Of a DNA stretch of 52,730 nt, positions 19,592 to 27,725 are shown in pieces (position 1 is the stretch's first letter; every line of letters begins with the position of its first letter). Source of the stretch: Minisyncoccota bacterium (GTDB taxonomy: Bacteria > Patescibacteriota > Minisyncoccia > Phycocordibacterales > UBA9973). Below the pieces are notes generated by a model. It did no database searches and had not been told where the DNA came from. It was given only the letters and a program-made list of their open reading frames with translations. The DNA is taken from the NCBI GenBank assembly GCA_035550535.1, contig DASZOX010000036.1:1-52730 (forward strand). The letters are read 5' to 3'. The translations under genes were made by a program, and so were the position numbers.

Positions 19592-20204
19592 ACTTTTTTG
19601 GTAACTTTTTCCTTAAATTTTTCAAGTGGACGTCGACAACGTTACTGAAGGTATCATAATTGCGATCCCACACATGTTCGAGAAGGTCTTGTCGGGTGAC
19701 CACCACCCCTCGATTGCGCAAAAAATACTCGAGGAGCCCGTACTCGCGAAGAGTGAGACTGAGCGGCTTGCCCGCGATCGTCACCTCCTGCAATCGCGTA
19801 TCGAGTTGTAAGTCGTCGAGTTCGAGGACATCGCTCGCGCTCAACGGTGGGCGGCGCAGGACACTCCTAATACGTGCCACAAGCTCTTCAAATGAGAACG
19901 GCTTTACTACATAATCATCGGCGCCGTTGTCGAGCCCATGTACTCTATCATCGATGGCATCCCGTGCAGTGAGCATAATGATGGGGGTGGTATTGCCCGC
20001 TGACCGTAGCGAACGGCACACCTCGAAACCATTTTTCTTTGGGAGCATGACATCGAGGATGATCGCATCGTAGGCATTGTAGAGGGCAAGTCGCTCACCT
20101 TCGGCACCATCATACGCACCGTCCGCAGCATATCCACGCGCCTGAAGCCCTTCGAGAAGTCCTTTATGGAGTTTTGGTTCGTCTTCAACAACGAGCAGTT
20201 TCAT
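19542..20204 (-). CDS. Response regulator, OmpR/PhoB family
   Basis: Receiver domain (MKLLVVEDEP, ILDVMLP, the K of VVKPF) plus a winged-helix C-terminus (LTLREYGLLEYF..., VWGKGYRL). Confidence 0.92.
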   Translation of the reverse strand: MKLLVVEDEPKLHKGLLEGLQARGYAADGAYDGAEGERLALYNAYDAIILDVMLPKKNGFEVCRSLRSAGNTTPIIMLTARDAIDDRVHGLDNGADDYVVKPFSFEELVARIRSVLRRPPLSASDVLELDDLQLDTRLQEVTIAGKPLSLTLREYGLLEYFLRNRGVVVTRQDLLEHVWDRNYDTFSNVVDVHLKNLRKKLPKKYAKHIETVWGKGYRLV

Positions 20205-20252
20205 AGTGACCTACTATAGTGTACACGTGATGAAGAAACAATGAAGGGTGAA

Positions 20253-21284
20253 TCAATCGCTCAACTGGAGCTTGCGGTAGAGGAAGAAGCCCAGCGGAAT
20301 CGGCGCCCAAAATGAAAGCACCCGATAGAGAATGGTGACAATGCCCGCCGCCGCAAGCGGTACTCCCAAACTTACATAAAAAAACGTCATCGACCCTTCA
20401 TAGACAATGAGCGCCCCGGGGGAAATCGGTAACAGTGCAATAATGAGCGTCACCATAAAGCCGAGCATGATAAAAAGAAACGGGACATGTATGTTTACCC
20501 CGCGAAAGAGCGCCAAGATGGTGATCGAATCGCACAAAAAGATACACACTTGAAAAAAGATGGACTCCGCCACAATGGTGGGGTGTTCACGAAAGGCGCG
20601 CCATGGACTTTTGAGCCCGCTGAACGAAAAAGTTTCATATTGATCGATCGCTTTTTTCAAAAACGAGATGCGAGATATCTTTTTGAGGATATAGAGCACG
20701 CTACTCCCGCGCCCCAAGAGTCCTACGAGCATTGCAAGTACCGCATACACCGCAATCCCTGCAAAAAGAATAGGGGCGAACAAGGAAGGAATGGTGGGAA
20801 GGAGCGCACACAGGAGCACCAGCACGATGATAATGCCGATAATCGCGCTATAGAAAGTGAGGAGCTCGGTCAATATCAAAGGCAGAGCACGGTCTTCAGA
20901 GACACCGCGCTTTTTGAGAAAATTGAAAAAAAACATGTGTCCACTCACCCCCACTGTGGGGATAGTCTGATTGATGAAGAGCATGACAATGCTCGCCTGA
21001 AAAAGCTCCTTGACTCTGATGAAAGAAATCTGAAACGTGCGCAGCAGACGCTCGAACACGGTGGCGCCAAAGAAGTACGTGCCAATCTGCGCCGCAATCG
21101 CCACCACAAGCCATGCTGGCCGTATCTGGCGAAAGAGTGCAATGGAACCCTTGATCTGAGAAAAGTAGTAGATTGACCCAACAAAAATAATCGCCGCAAA
21201 AATATAAAAAAAGAGTTTTGATTTAGAAAACCTAAGCCCTTTTTCTTCTTGCAGTTGCTCTTCTGGCTTCATCGGACTATTCAT
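20253..21284 (-). CDS. UPF0104 / lysylphosphatidylglycerol-synthase-TM-region family membrane protein (flippase-like)
   Basis: 343-aa ORF with about 8 TMs and the overall pattern of LPG_synthase_TM proteins. The call rests on architecture only. Confidence 0.6.
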   Translation of the reverse strand: MNSPMKPEEQLQEEKGLRFSKSKLFFYIFAAIIFVGSIYYFSQIKGSIALFRQIRPAWLVVAIAAQIGTYFFGATVFERLLRTFQISFIRVKELFQASIVMLFINQTIPTVGVSGHMFFFNFLKKRGVSEDRALPLILTELLTFYSAIIGIIIVLVLLCALLPTIPSLFAPILFAGIAVYAVLAMLVGLLGRGSSVLYILKKISRISFLKKAIDQYETFSFSGLKSPWRAFREHPTIVAESIFFQVCIFLCDSITILALFRGVNIHVPFLFIMLGFMVTLIIALLPISPGALIVYEGSMTFFYVSLGVPLAAAGIVTILYRVLSFWAPIPLGFFLYRKLQLSD

Positions 21285-22021
21285 GGTGACACAATCTCAA
21301 AAGTATTGCTCGTCGCTTCCCCGATCATAAATTTGTACGTGCCGGCTTTCATCGTTTTTGGAAGAGTATATGAATAGGTACCGGTGTTAGGGACATCATA
21401 GACGCGATCGACGCTGCTTACCGATGCACCGATGGGCTCAAGTGCAGTGTCAATGAGGAAAATTTGCGTTGTGCTCTCAGCCGTCGGCGTCCATTGCAGC
21501 ACATAGGTATGACCTGCGACAAGGTGTTCTCCTCCAGCAGGAAAAGTGATCGGAGTTGTTGCACACGGTGCAGGAACGAAGGTAGCAAGCACTGATGATG
21601 AGTCGTAAGTGAGTGTCACCGGGTCGCTAAAGTGCATGCCACTTGCATCCATTGTCCCATATCCGCGGATAAAATTGTCACCGGAGCGCTTGAACGCGAC
21701 ATCCATCGTCGAGGTCGTCCCTTCAGATTGAAAAGTGTAGGTGCCCAAGAGTACACCATCCGAATACGATCCCGTAAGAGTGCCACGGGAACTGTCTTTG
21801 TACTTGTTGGTCACCGTAAGCGTGCCGGACACCGCACTCCCCTGTGCCGAAAGAATAGCGAGTGTCGAAGTAGCTTCACCATTGGTCGCGACGTAACAAC
21901 CAGCGATTGAGGTATGTGTTGCAGGTGCTGCGGGTGCGGAAGCGCGCCGAAGCGACCAATACACTGCCGTTATGATCACAATAAGAATAACTAGCACTGC
22001 AATGATACGTGTTTTTTTCAT
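21281..22021 (-). CDS. N-terminally anchored secreted hypothetical protein
   Basis: 246-aa ORF starting MKKTRIIAVLVILIVIITAVYW. It has a 4-nt overlap with the downstream gene and appears paralogous to 26552..27088. Confidence 0.6.
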   Translation of the reverse strand: MKKTRIIAVLVILIVIITAVYWSLRRASAPAAPATHTSIAGCYVATNGEATSTLAILSAQGSAVSGTLTVTNKYKDSSRGTLTGSYSDGVLLGTYTFQSEGTTSTMDVAFKRSGDNFIRGYGTMDASGMHFSDPVTLTYDSSSVLATFVPAPCATTPITFPAGGEHLVAGHTYVLQWTPTAESTTQIFLIDTALEPIGASVSSVDRVYDVPNTGTYSYTLPKTMKAGTYKFMIGEATSNTFEIVSP

Positions 22022-22159
22022 AAGTGAAAGCAGTAATTATCGTGTGTACTGTAGTGTAACATAAGAGAAGCCTTTATTACGTCTTATTTTTATTTTGTAA
22101 TTTTTACGAAATAGAAATATATAGAGCCTCGAAGCGCGATGCGCTACAGTTATTGACTA

Positions 22160-22720
22160 TTAAAAAATGCCCGGAATAAGTCTGCGGGTATTTCTTTTGT
22201 ACTGTGGATACGTATCGGGAAATACCGTTGCCATGTATTTTTCTTCAACATGGAGAGCGTATATGAAGTAACCGCTAAAAAGTACAAAAAACAACCACCA
22301 TATCGGGGTCACAAATCCTGATCCGAGAAGTGCGAGCAATACTCCGCTATAAATCGGATGACGAACATATCGATACGGACCGGTCGTTATGAGCTGCGGC
22401 TCCTCCCTCTGTGTCATAGGCATTCCCCAATTGCGTCCGATGAAGACTCGTGCCCATAGCGCAAGCGCAATTCCAAAGAATGTACCTACAGTACCAATCC
22501 AAAGGAAAAATGGATTATGCAATTGGTATATAAACAGTGGTCGCAACCGGGGGATTGAAAAGAGCGTGACGATAACAACGATCATCACAAGACGCGTCAC
22601 AAGCCATGGGCGGTGCGACCCTTTCACCGAGCGCTTTGCGCGCAAAGCGCTCACAAACCAAAAGACTATAAACGCGAGCCAGAACCAAGAAATGATGGTG
22701 GGCATGTGACAAGTATACAC
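22160..22720 (-). CDS. Isoprenylcysteine carboxyl methyltransferase (ICMT)/PEMT-family membrane methyltransferase
   Basis: 186-aa multi-TM ORF with RNWGMP...LITTGPYRYVRHPIYSGVLLALLG, the ICMT/PEMT signature region. Confidence 0.75.
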   Translation of the reverse strand: MYTCHMPTIISWFWLAFIVFWFVSALRAKRSVKGSHRPWLVTRLVMIVVIVTLFSIPRLRPLFIYQLHNPFFLWIGTVGTFFGIALALWARVFIGRNWGMPMTQREEPQLITTGPYRYVRHPIYSGVLLALLGSGFVTPIWWLFFVLFSGYFIYALHVEEKYMATVFPDTYPQYKRNTRRLIPGIF

Positions 22721-22865
22721 CCGCTATCTGCTCATCCTCCGTTTGACTTCGCCCCACTTTTAGAGTAAGGTCGGGAAAACTTTTTAATATGAAATATCTC
22801 ATCATCGTAAGCGCAGGGGGGTATAACTCCAAAACTTTGGATCTGACCACCGATGGAAAAATCAA

Positions 22866-23258
22866 ATGATGCGTGTTTGGGAAAAAATATACCAGTATGC
22901 TGCACTCACCACACTTATTCTCACTGGGGATGTTCCTTGGGCAGAAAGAAGCGCTGAAATCATTTTTGATGCTTGCATGGGGAAAAGTTATCCGGTGGCA
23001 ATGGAGGAAGCCCATGAGCTTGTCTGGAGAAAACAGGATGACGCACGATTGAAAGGACAAGAAGTAATCGCGCTCATCAAAAGATGCAGTGAACACCCAA
23101 GAACTCTGGTGCTCGTTACCGATCATAGAGAGGCAGGAGCGATCGCTCGCAGCGCCACGAAGCTCTTTGCAAGAGGGGGAGCACTGCCCAAATCATTTCT
23201 TCCGGGAGACACGCTATGTATCAATTGCTATGAGAAATCCAGCAAGTTATTTACATAA
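22866..23258 (+). CDS. DUF218/YdcF-like protein, the 3' part of an apparently split gene (the 5' part is a 26-codon ORF at 22789..22869)
   Basis: 130-aa ORF with LILTGD...SAE and LVLVTDHREAGAIA. The upstream short ORF MKYLIIVSAGGYNSKTLDLTTDGKIK supplies the missing DUF218 N-terminal motif in the +1 register relative to this ORF. Confidence 0.55.
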   Translation: MMRVWEKIYQYAALTTLILTGDVPWAERSAEIIFDACMGKSYPVAMEEAHELVWRKQDDARLKGQEVIALIKRCSEHPRTLVLVTDHREAGAIARSATKLFARGGALPKSFLPGDTLCINCYEKSSKLFT

Positions 23259-23260
23259 TC

Positions 23261-23296
23261 AAAACGGACCAATAAGTCCGTTTTTTTTATTTTTTG
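23261..23296. terminator. Bidirectional rho-independent terminator between convergent genes
   Basis: AAAACGGAC/GTCCGTTTT stem flanked by A- and T-runs. Confidence 0.7.
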
Positions 23297-23305
23297 TGAA
23301 AATGC

Positions 23306-23722
23306 TCAATCTCCGTATCCTATCTTCTTACCACCCACATTATAGGTAATCTTCCTTCCCCCTCGATTATAATAATTAAGATCAGTTGCGTTTATGAGCT
23401 GGAGAGCATATCTACTCTCACCCAGAGTGAATTTTGCTCTTGCAAGAATGGCGCGTTTTGACTCGGGCTCATGATGAGTTAAAAGCCCGATTTTGGGCCA
23501 ATACATGTTGCGGCCATTTTTTATAATTCCAAAAAACTTTTTCTTATAATGAACCGGCTCTCTTTCTGTCATTCTGTACACACGCTCATTTGCAACCTTC
23601 TTAAGCAAGTTCTCGTTGGGAAGTTTTACTGACCTCAGTATCGCTTGTTTAAACCGAAGAGCAAAAACTCTTTCCAGAAATATATTCTTATCTTCATATA
23701 CACTAAGATCAAAAGTTGACAT
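23306..23722 (-). CDS. Hypothetical protein
   Basis: 138-aa basic ORF with no recognisable motif. It is divergent from the 23768 gene across a 45-nt AT-rich spacer. Confidence 0.5.
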   Translation of the reverse strand: MSTFDLSVYEDKNIFLERVFALRFKQAILRSVKLPNENLLKKVANERVYRMTEREPVHYKKKFFGIIKNGRNMYWPKIGLLTHHEPESKRAILARAKFTLGESRYALQLINATDLNYYNRGGRKITYNVGGKKIGYGD

Positions 23723-23767
23723 AACGTAAACTTAATGTAATCTAATAAAAAATTAAAAAAGAAAATC

Positions 23768-24673
23768 ATGAATAAACTATTGTTCGTCGAGTCGCTCCTG
23801 CGGTCATTCATCGCCCTTGCGAAGGCGACGTGGATACGCAGCACGCCATCATGGCAAAGACCTTTTATTTGGATGGTTCGATACCTACAGTTCATCACTC
23901 TACTTTGTATTTCTATCGTTGCTTCTCCCAAAAGAGCTGGCCTTATGTTTATCCTCTATGGGTGGTTCAGGCCAATAGATGATATCCTTGATGGCAACGA
24001 CAAAAGGGTTGCGGAAAACATCGAATGGCTGATCAAAAAGAACAACCGGTTGATGTCGTTACTCAAAGAAGATTCTCTCACCTTGCCAATGGTATGGGGA
24101 AACGATCGGTTGCTTATTGTAGCCTGTAAAATTGCACAATCACTCGGTTTCGATCGCGAGCTTCGTCTGCATGTCCGATCAATCTGGGAGCTCATGATCA
24201 CTGAGTATCGATGGAAAACATTGGGCATAGTGCCGACCGCACGAGAGCTCGACGCTTTTGCAAAGAGGCAAGATCAAGCGATATTTTTTCTCGCCGCGAT
24301 AGTGCTCAAAGTTGATTTGTCCTTTTTCGATGCCGTCCCTATAAACCGCCTTGGCGTATTTACAAGAATAGATTGGCTATACGATTTTGCCGAAGATTAC
24401 AAAGAAGGATTGGTACACGTTCCTTCTGAAATCTGGCAACACATCGACGCATCGAATAACTCAAACATCATGAAGAATGAAAAGGTGCACGAAGCGATCC
24501 GTGGTGAGTTGCGAGCGATCACGCTATTGTGGCGCGATGTGGAGCCATGGAGAGAGAAATTGAAAAGAGCAACACGGATCAAACTGGCCGGTATCTTCTA
24601 TGACAGATATGTGGTCGGGAGATTTGCATCACAAATAAAAAATTTGTGTGAGACGTATGGGGTGGTCATCTAG
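23768..24673 (+). CDS. Squalene/phytoene synthase family-like protein (head-to-head isoprenoid synthase fold)
   Basis: 301-aa ORF with two Asp-rich motifs spaced as in the family: WFRPIDDILDG (residues about 66-76) and YDFAEDYKEGLVHVP (about residue 205). Confidence 0.55.
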   Translation: MNKLLFVESLLRSFIALAKATWIRSTPSWQRPFIWMVRYLQFITLLCISIVASPKRAGLMFILYGWFRPIDDILDGNDKRVAENIEWLIKKNNRLMSLLKEDSLTLPMVWGNDRLLIVACKIAQSLGFDRELRLHVRSIWELMITEYRWKTLGIVPTARELDAFAKRQDQAIFFLAAIVLKVDLSFFDAVPINRLGVFTRIDWLYDFAEDYKEGLVHVPSEIWQHIDASNNSNIMKNEKVHEAIRGELRAITLLWRDVEPWREKLKRATRIKLAGIFYDRYVVGRFASQIKNLCETYGVVI

Positions 24674-24733
24674 ACACCCCTATTTTAATTTGACACAAAT
24701 ACGATCATAAGGTAATTTGGGTAAAAATTTTAT

Positions 24734-25096
24734 ATGTCCACATACAAAACGATATCCCTCTTGAAGAGATACGCTGCCAAAAAGTTGCTTGCGGAACCAC
24801 AACGGCAACTGCTGACGAGCGAGTGGTCTGCGTTGGTTGCTATTACCAAGCACAGCACCCAATTATCCAACACGCTTATCACGCTTGTTCGACGTCATCA
24901 TATTACGAGCCCGCAAGCGAGGGGCTTTAGCGTACAGAGCGCAGAGAAAAACAGCGAGGCAGTAATAACAAAAGTGAAAAGCGCATTTTTACTACTCGCT
25001 CATTTCATGGAGTTGCCGCTCGAAGAAATTGAAGCACTCCACCACGCGATCGAAAGCGATGTGCAACACATCGTCAAGGAAAATAGCGATCAATGA
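24734..25096 (+). CDS. Hypothetical protein
   Basis: 120-aa ORF followed by a clear terminator. Confidence 0.5.
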   Translation: MSTYKTISLLKRYAAKKLLAEPQRQLLTSEWSALVAITKHSTQLSNTLITLVRRHHITSPQARGFSVQSAEKNSEAVITKVKSAFLLLAHFMELPLEEIEALHHAIESDVQHIVKENSDQ

Positions 25097-25117
25097 GATG
25101 TGAAAAGGGTATTTTTT

Positions 25118-25148
25118 CAAAGACTGCGCAGCAGTCTTTTTTATTTTC
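25118..25148 (+). terminator. Rho-independent terminator
   Basis: AAAGACTG/CAGTCTTT stem followed by TTTTTATTTT. Confidence 0.7.
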
Positions 25149-25218
25149 CCCCGAGAGCACTGCTGGTGTTTTTGCACCTATTGCAGCTACGCTCGCAATA
25201 ATTATTTTCATATCGTAT

Positions 25219-25626
25219 CTAATTTTTTTCCACTTTTTCGAGAACTTCTGCAGTGTTTTTGACAGGAGCAACGTCATAGAGCTCTGTTGGGGTGATGATG
25301 AGCACGCCTTTTACAGTGCGGTCAGGAAATATTGTGGCAACCCATGCTACCGTTCGATCAAATACTGCCCCCGACGCTTCATAGCGCACGGTGCCTTTGA
25401 TCTGGTAGCCGATCCCTTTTGACCATGCGACGAGTGCAACGTGTCCTGTAGCGAGGATGTTGGCAAGTGTCTTGTCCATGAAATAATTCACGAGAATGAC
25501 GGCATCCTCTTCGACACGGATCGAAGATACTGGCACGACATTGACCATCCCCTCTGCAGAGAGTGTTGCAAGTGCTTTTGATTCTGCGTTCAAAAGAAAT
25601 GTGATGGTAGAGGGAGTGAGTAACAT
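25219..25626 (-). CDS. Pyridoxamine 5'-phosphate oxidase-like FMN-binding split-barrel protein
   Basis: 135-aa ORF with the LATLSAEGMVNVVPVSS...VILVNYFMDKTLANI pattern of PNPOx-related proteins. Confidence 0.65.
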   Translation of the reverse strand: MLLTPSTITFLLNAESKALATLSAEGMVNVVPVSSIRVEEDAVILVNYFMDKTLANILATGHVALVAWSKGIGYQIKGTVRYEASGAVFDRTVAWVATIFPDRTVKGVLIITPTELYDVAPVKNTAEVLEKVEKN

Positions 25627-25739
25627 GTGTTTATGGGCTTTCCTAAGTATAACAGCTCCACAGATTGTTCATCGCCGGGAAAGGCGGATGTTTTTCAAAC
25701 AAGCTGCGGTCGCGGCAGCTATTTCGGCCAAAGTGGTAC

Positions 25740-26500
25740 CTATGCCCAATCTCTGTAAGAAGGAATCACCATGTCAGCGTTCACTTTCGTTTGTGCGACT
25801 AAATCATAATTACTACTGTCTACGGTATCATAATAATCGTTGGCCTCCTTTTCCGATCGTCCGCCTCGCACATGGCGACGGACCACCGCGTCTTTGATTT
25901 TTCCTTATCTGCTTCAATAAATATTTTGAAATCAAGCAATGGTGCCAACTTCCTCCACAGACCGTGGGGGTACAAGAGCCACAATCCCTCGATGATCAAA
26001 AGCGCTTTTTCCGAAATGACGCTCACGGCATTTTCTACAGGGTTGTGCAGTTCCCGCGAATAGATGGGCAATGAAAGACGCTTCCCTTCCTTGAAATCAA
26101 CGAGCGCATCGAGTAATTTTTGAACATCATAGGTGTCGAATCTCCCTTTCACTTCCTTGAGCTTCTTCCCTACAGTGTCAACATGGCTTTCGAGATACTC
26201 ATTGGGGAAATGAAAAGCGTCAATGGTGAGCGTGCACACCTCAAAGGATAACGGTATTTGTTTTGCAAACTCCAAAAACAAACTTGTGATCACCGATTTG
26301 CCAGACCCTGTCGGCCCAGTAAAACCGACCACCACCCTGTTTTTATTTTTTGATTGGTAGAGAGCAACAATGTCGGAGAAAAGGGTCTTATAAAAATCTC
26401 TTCCTTCTTTGGTGAGGAGGCTTAAATCTATTTTTTGAGCAGTAACGATTACCGACTCTGGGAAGGATAACTCGGACATGGATGCGAAGTAGTATACCAC
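25740..26500 (-). pseudogene. P-loop nucleoside/nucleotide kinase (uridine kinase/PRK/YggC-like), interrupted by a 1-nt frame change in an A5 run (T5 at 25898..25902 on the plus strand)
   Basis: The ORF 25820..26500 carries Walker A GFTGPTGSGKS and LIIEGLWLL...LDFKIFIEADKEK, then turns into non-family sequence. The -1 frame from 25904 to the stop at 25740-25742 reads GKIKDAVVRRHVRGGRSEKEANDYYDTVDSSNYDLVAQTKVNADMVIPSYRDWA, which is the expected family C-terminus. Confidence 0.7.
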
Positions 26501-26551
26501 CAGCGTTTATGGTTCTATTTCTTCACTCGGAAATTCTTTTGTGAGAAGAAA

Positions 26552-27088
26552 TTAGCCTGACCCTCCGCACTCGACTCGTGCATAGAGTAATGGTGTTGGC
26601 GATTGTGTTTGATCCGGAACCAAAATGCCCTCTTTTTCAACGAGTGGGTAACGCAGCTTTTCCAGACCGGTCAGTGTGGTGCGGTAGATCTCTTGTTCTT
26701 TGTTTTTCGCCCCGTCGACGGTATATGAGAACACACCGGTAATCGTGTTGCCGGCGAGCGTCCCCACAAATGTGCCACTATAGCCATTTGTCATATCGGG
26801 GCCACTTTGTGTTCCCGATTTCGTGCCGGTGACGGTAGTGCCCACGATAGTGATGTCGAGCACCTCCTGGACGGTATACGGTGCGGCCGCGGTTGCATCA
26901 TGGCTGTAGGTATAACACTGTCGTCCATCCGTAAGCACGATTGGTTGCTGCCGGGGAACTGCCATCGTTGGAGATGCCTCGCGCGAAAGTATATACGCGA
27001 CCACTTTCGGCACCCACAGTTTCTGCAGCGCAAGCGCGACGAGACCGATAGCGATTATTATAAGCAAAAAGATTTGGATGAATTTCAT
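26552..27088 (-). CDS. N-terminally anchored secreted hypothetical protein (start moved to 27088)
   Basis: MKFIQIFLLIIIAIGLVALAL is a TM anchor. The Thr/Gly-rich beta domain is similar in pattern to 21281..22021. Confidence 0.6.
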   Translation of the reverse strand: MKFIQIFLLIIIAIGLVALALQKLWVPKVVAYILSREASPTMAVPRQQPIVLTDGRQCYTYSHDATAAAPYTVQEVLDITIVGTTVTGTKSGTQSGPDMTNGYSGTFVGTLAGNTITGVFSYTVDGAKNKEQEIYRTTLTGLEKLRYPLVEKEGILVPDQTQSPTPLLYARVECGGSG

Positions 27089-27139
27089 AGGTGAGTATGC
27101 AGTGTTGACTGTCTCGAGTGAGAAACGCAAGAGCGCGCT

Positions 27140-27682
27140 TTATGTGGTATGGTGTATCACTTTTTCAATAATTTCTGGGAATGTGTTTTGGAAAAAATGG
27201 CCTCGATCGCTGAACTCTGTATAATCTGAATCCAATTTTTCATGAACAAACCGTGCTTCTTCGATCGGGATGAAGTCATCGTCGCTCGAGTTGAATTGAA
27301 TAATGAATTGTTGATTTCGCCGTATCGCATCCCACTGCCACGGCTTTCGGAAATAGCCACTCGCAATCTCCAGCGGATGGTGGAGATCGGTATGATACCC
27401 CGATACCAGCACAGAACCGAGGATTTTGCTTTTTTCTGCATAGCGCAGTGCCGCAATCGCTCCGGAAGAGTGTCCGATCAAAATCGTGTTTTCATCGGCG
27501 CCGAGTTTCTCAATATACGGAAGCCATATGCGCTGCCGTGCGAGAAAACTATCCGGAAACGGTTTTGAAATTACTTCGATTCCCTGCTTTTCAAATATTT
27601 CTTTCACATACGGAAACCAATGATCTTTGGTCGGGTTGCCTCCGCCGTTGCCCGGGATAAAGATGATTTTCACAAATTTCAT
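27140..27682 (-). CDS. Alpha/beta serine hydrolase, YdeN/RBBP9-like
   Basis: 180-aa ORF with IFIPGNGGGNP...HWFPYV and the nucleophile elbow LIGHSSGA. Confidence 0.75.
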   Translation of the reverse strand: MKFVKIIFIPGNGGGNPTKDHWFPYVKEIFEKQGIEVISKPFPDSFLARQRIWLPYIEKLGADENTILIGHSSGAIAALRYAEKSKILGSVLVSGYHTDLHHPLEIASGYFRKPWQWDAIRRNQQFIIQFNSSDDDFIPIEEARFVHEKLDSDYTEFSDRGHFFQNTFPEIIEKVIHHTT

Positions 27683-27725
27683 GATAACAAAAAAGTGTTC
27701 CCTTTAGAACACTTCGAGTACCTTA

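Noticed and set aside
22515-23126. 203-aa minus-strand ORF bridging the ICMT gene start, the intergenic spacer and the antisense of the DUF218-like gene.
   Set aside because: Its composition looks random (Cys/His/Phe rich). It overlaps the ICMT coding region in another frame and opposes a gene with recognisable DUF218 motifs.
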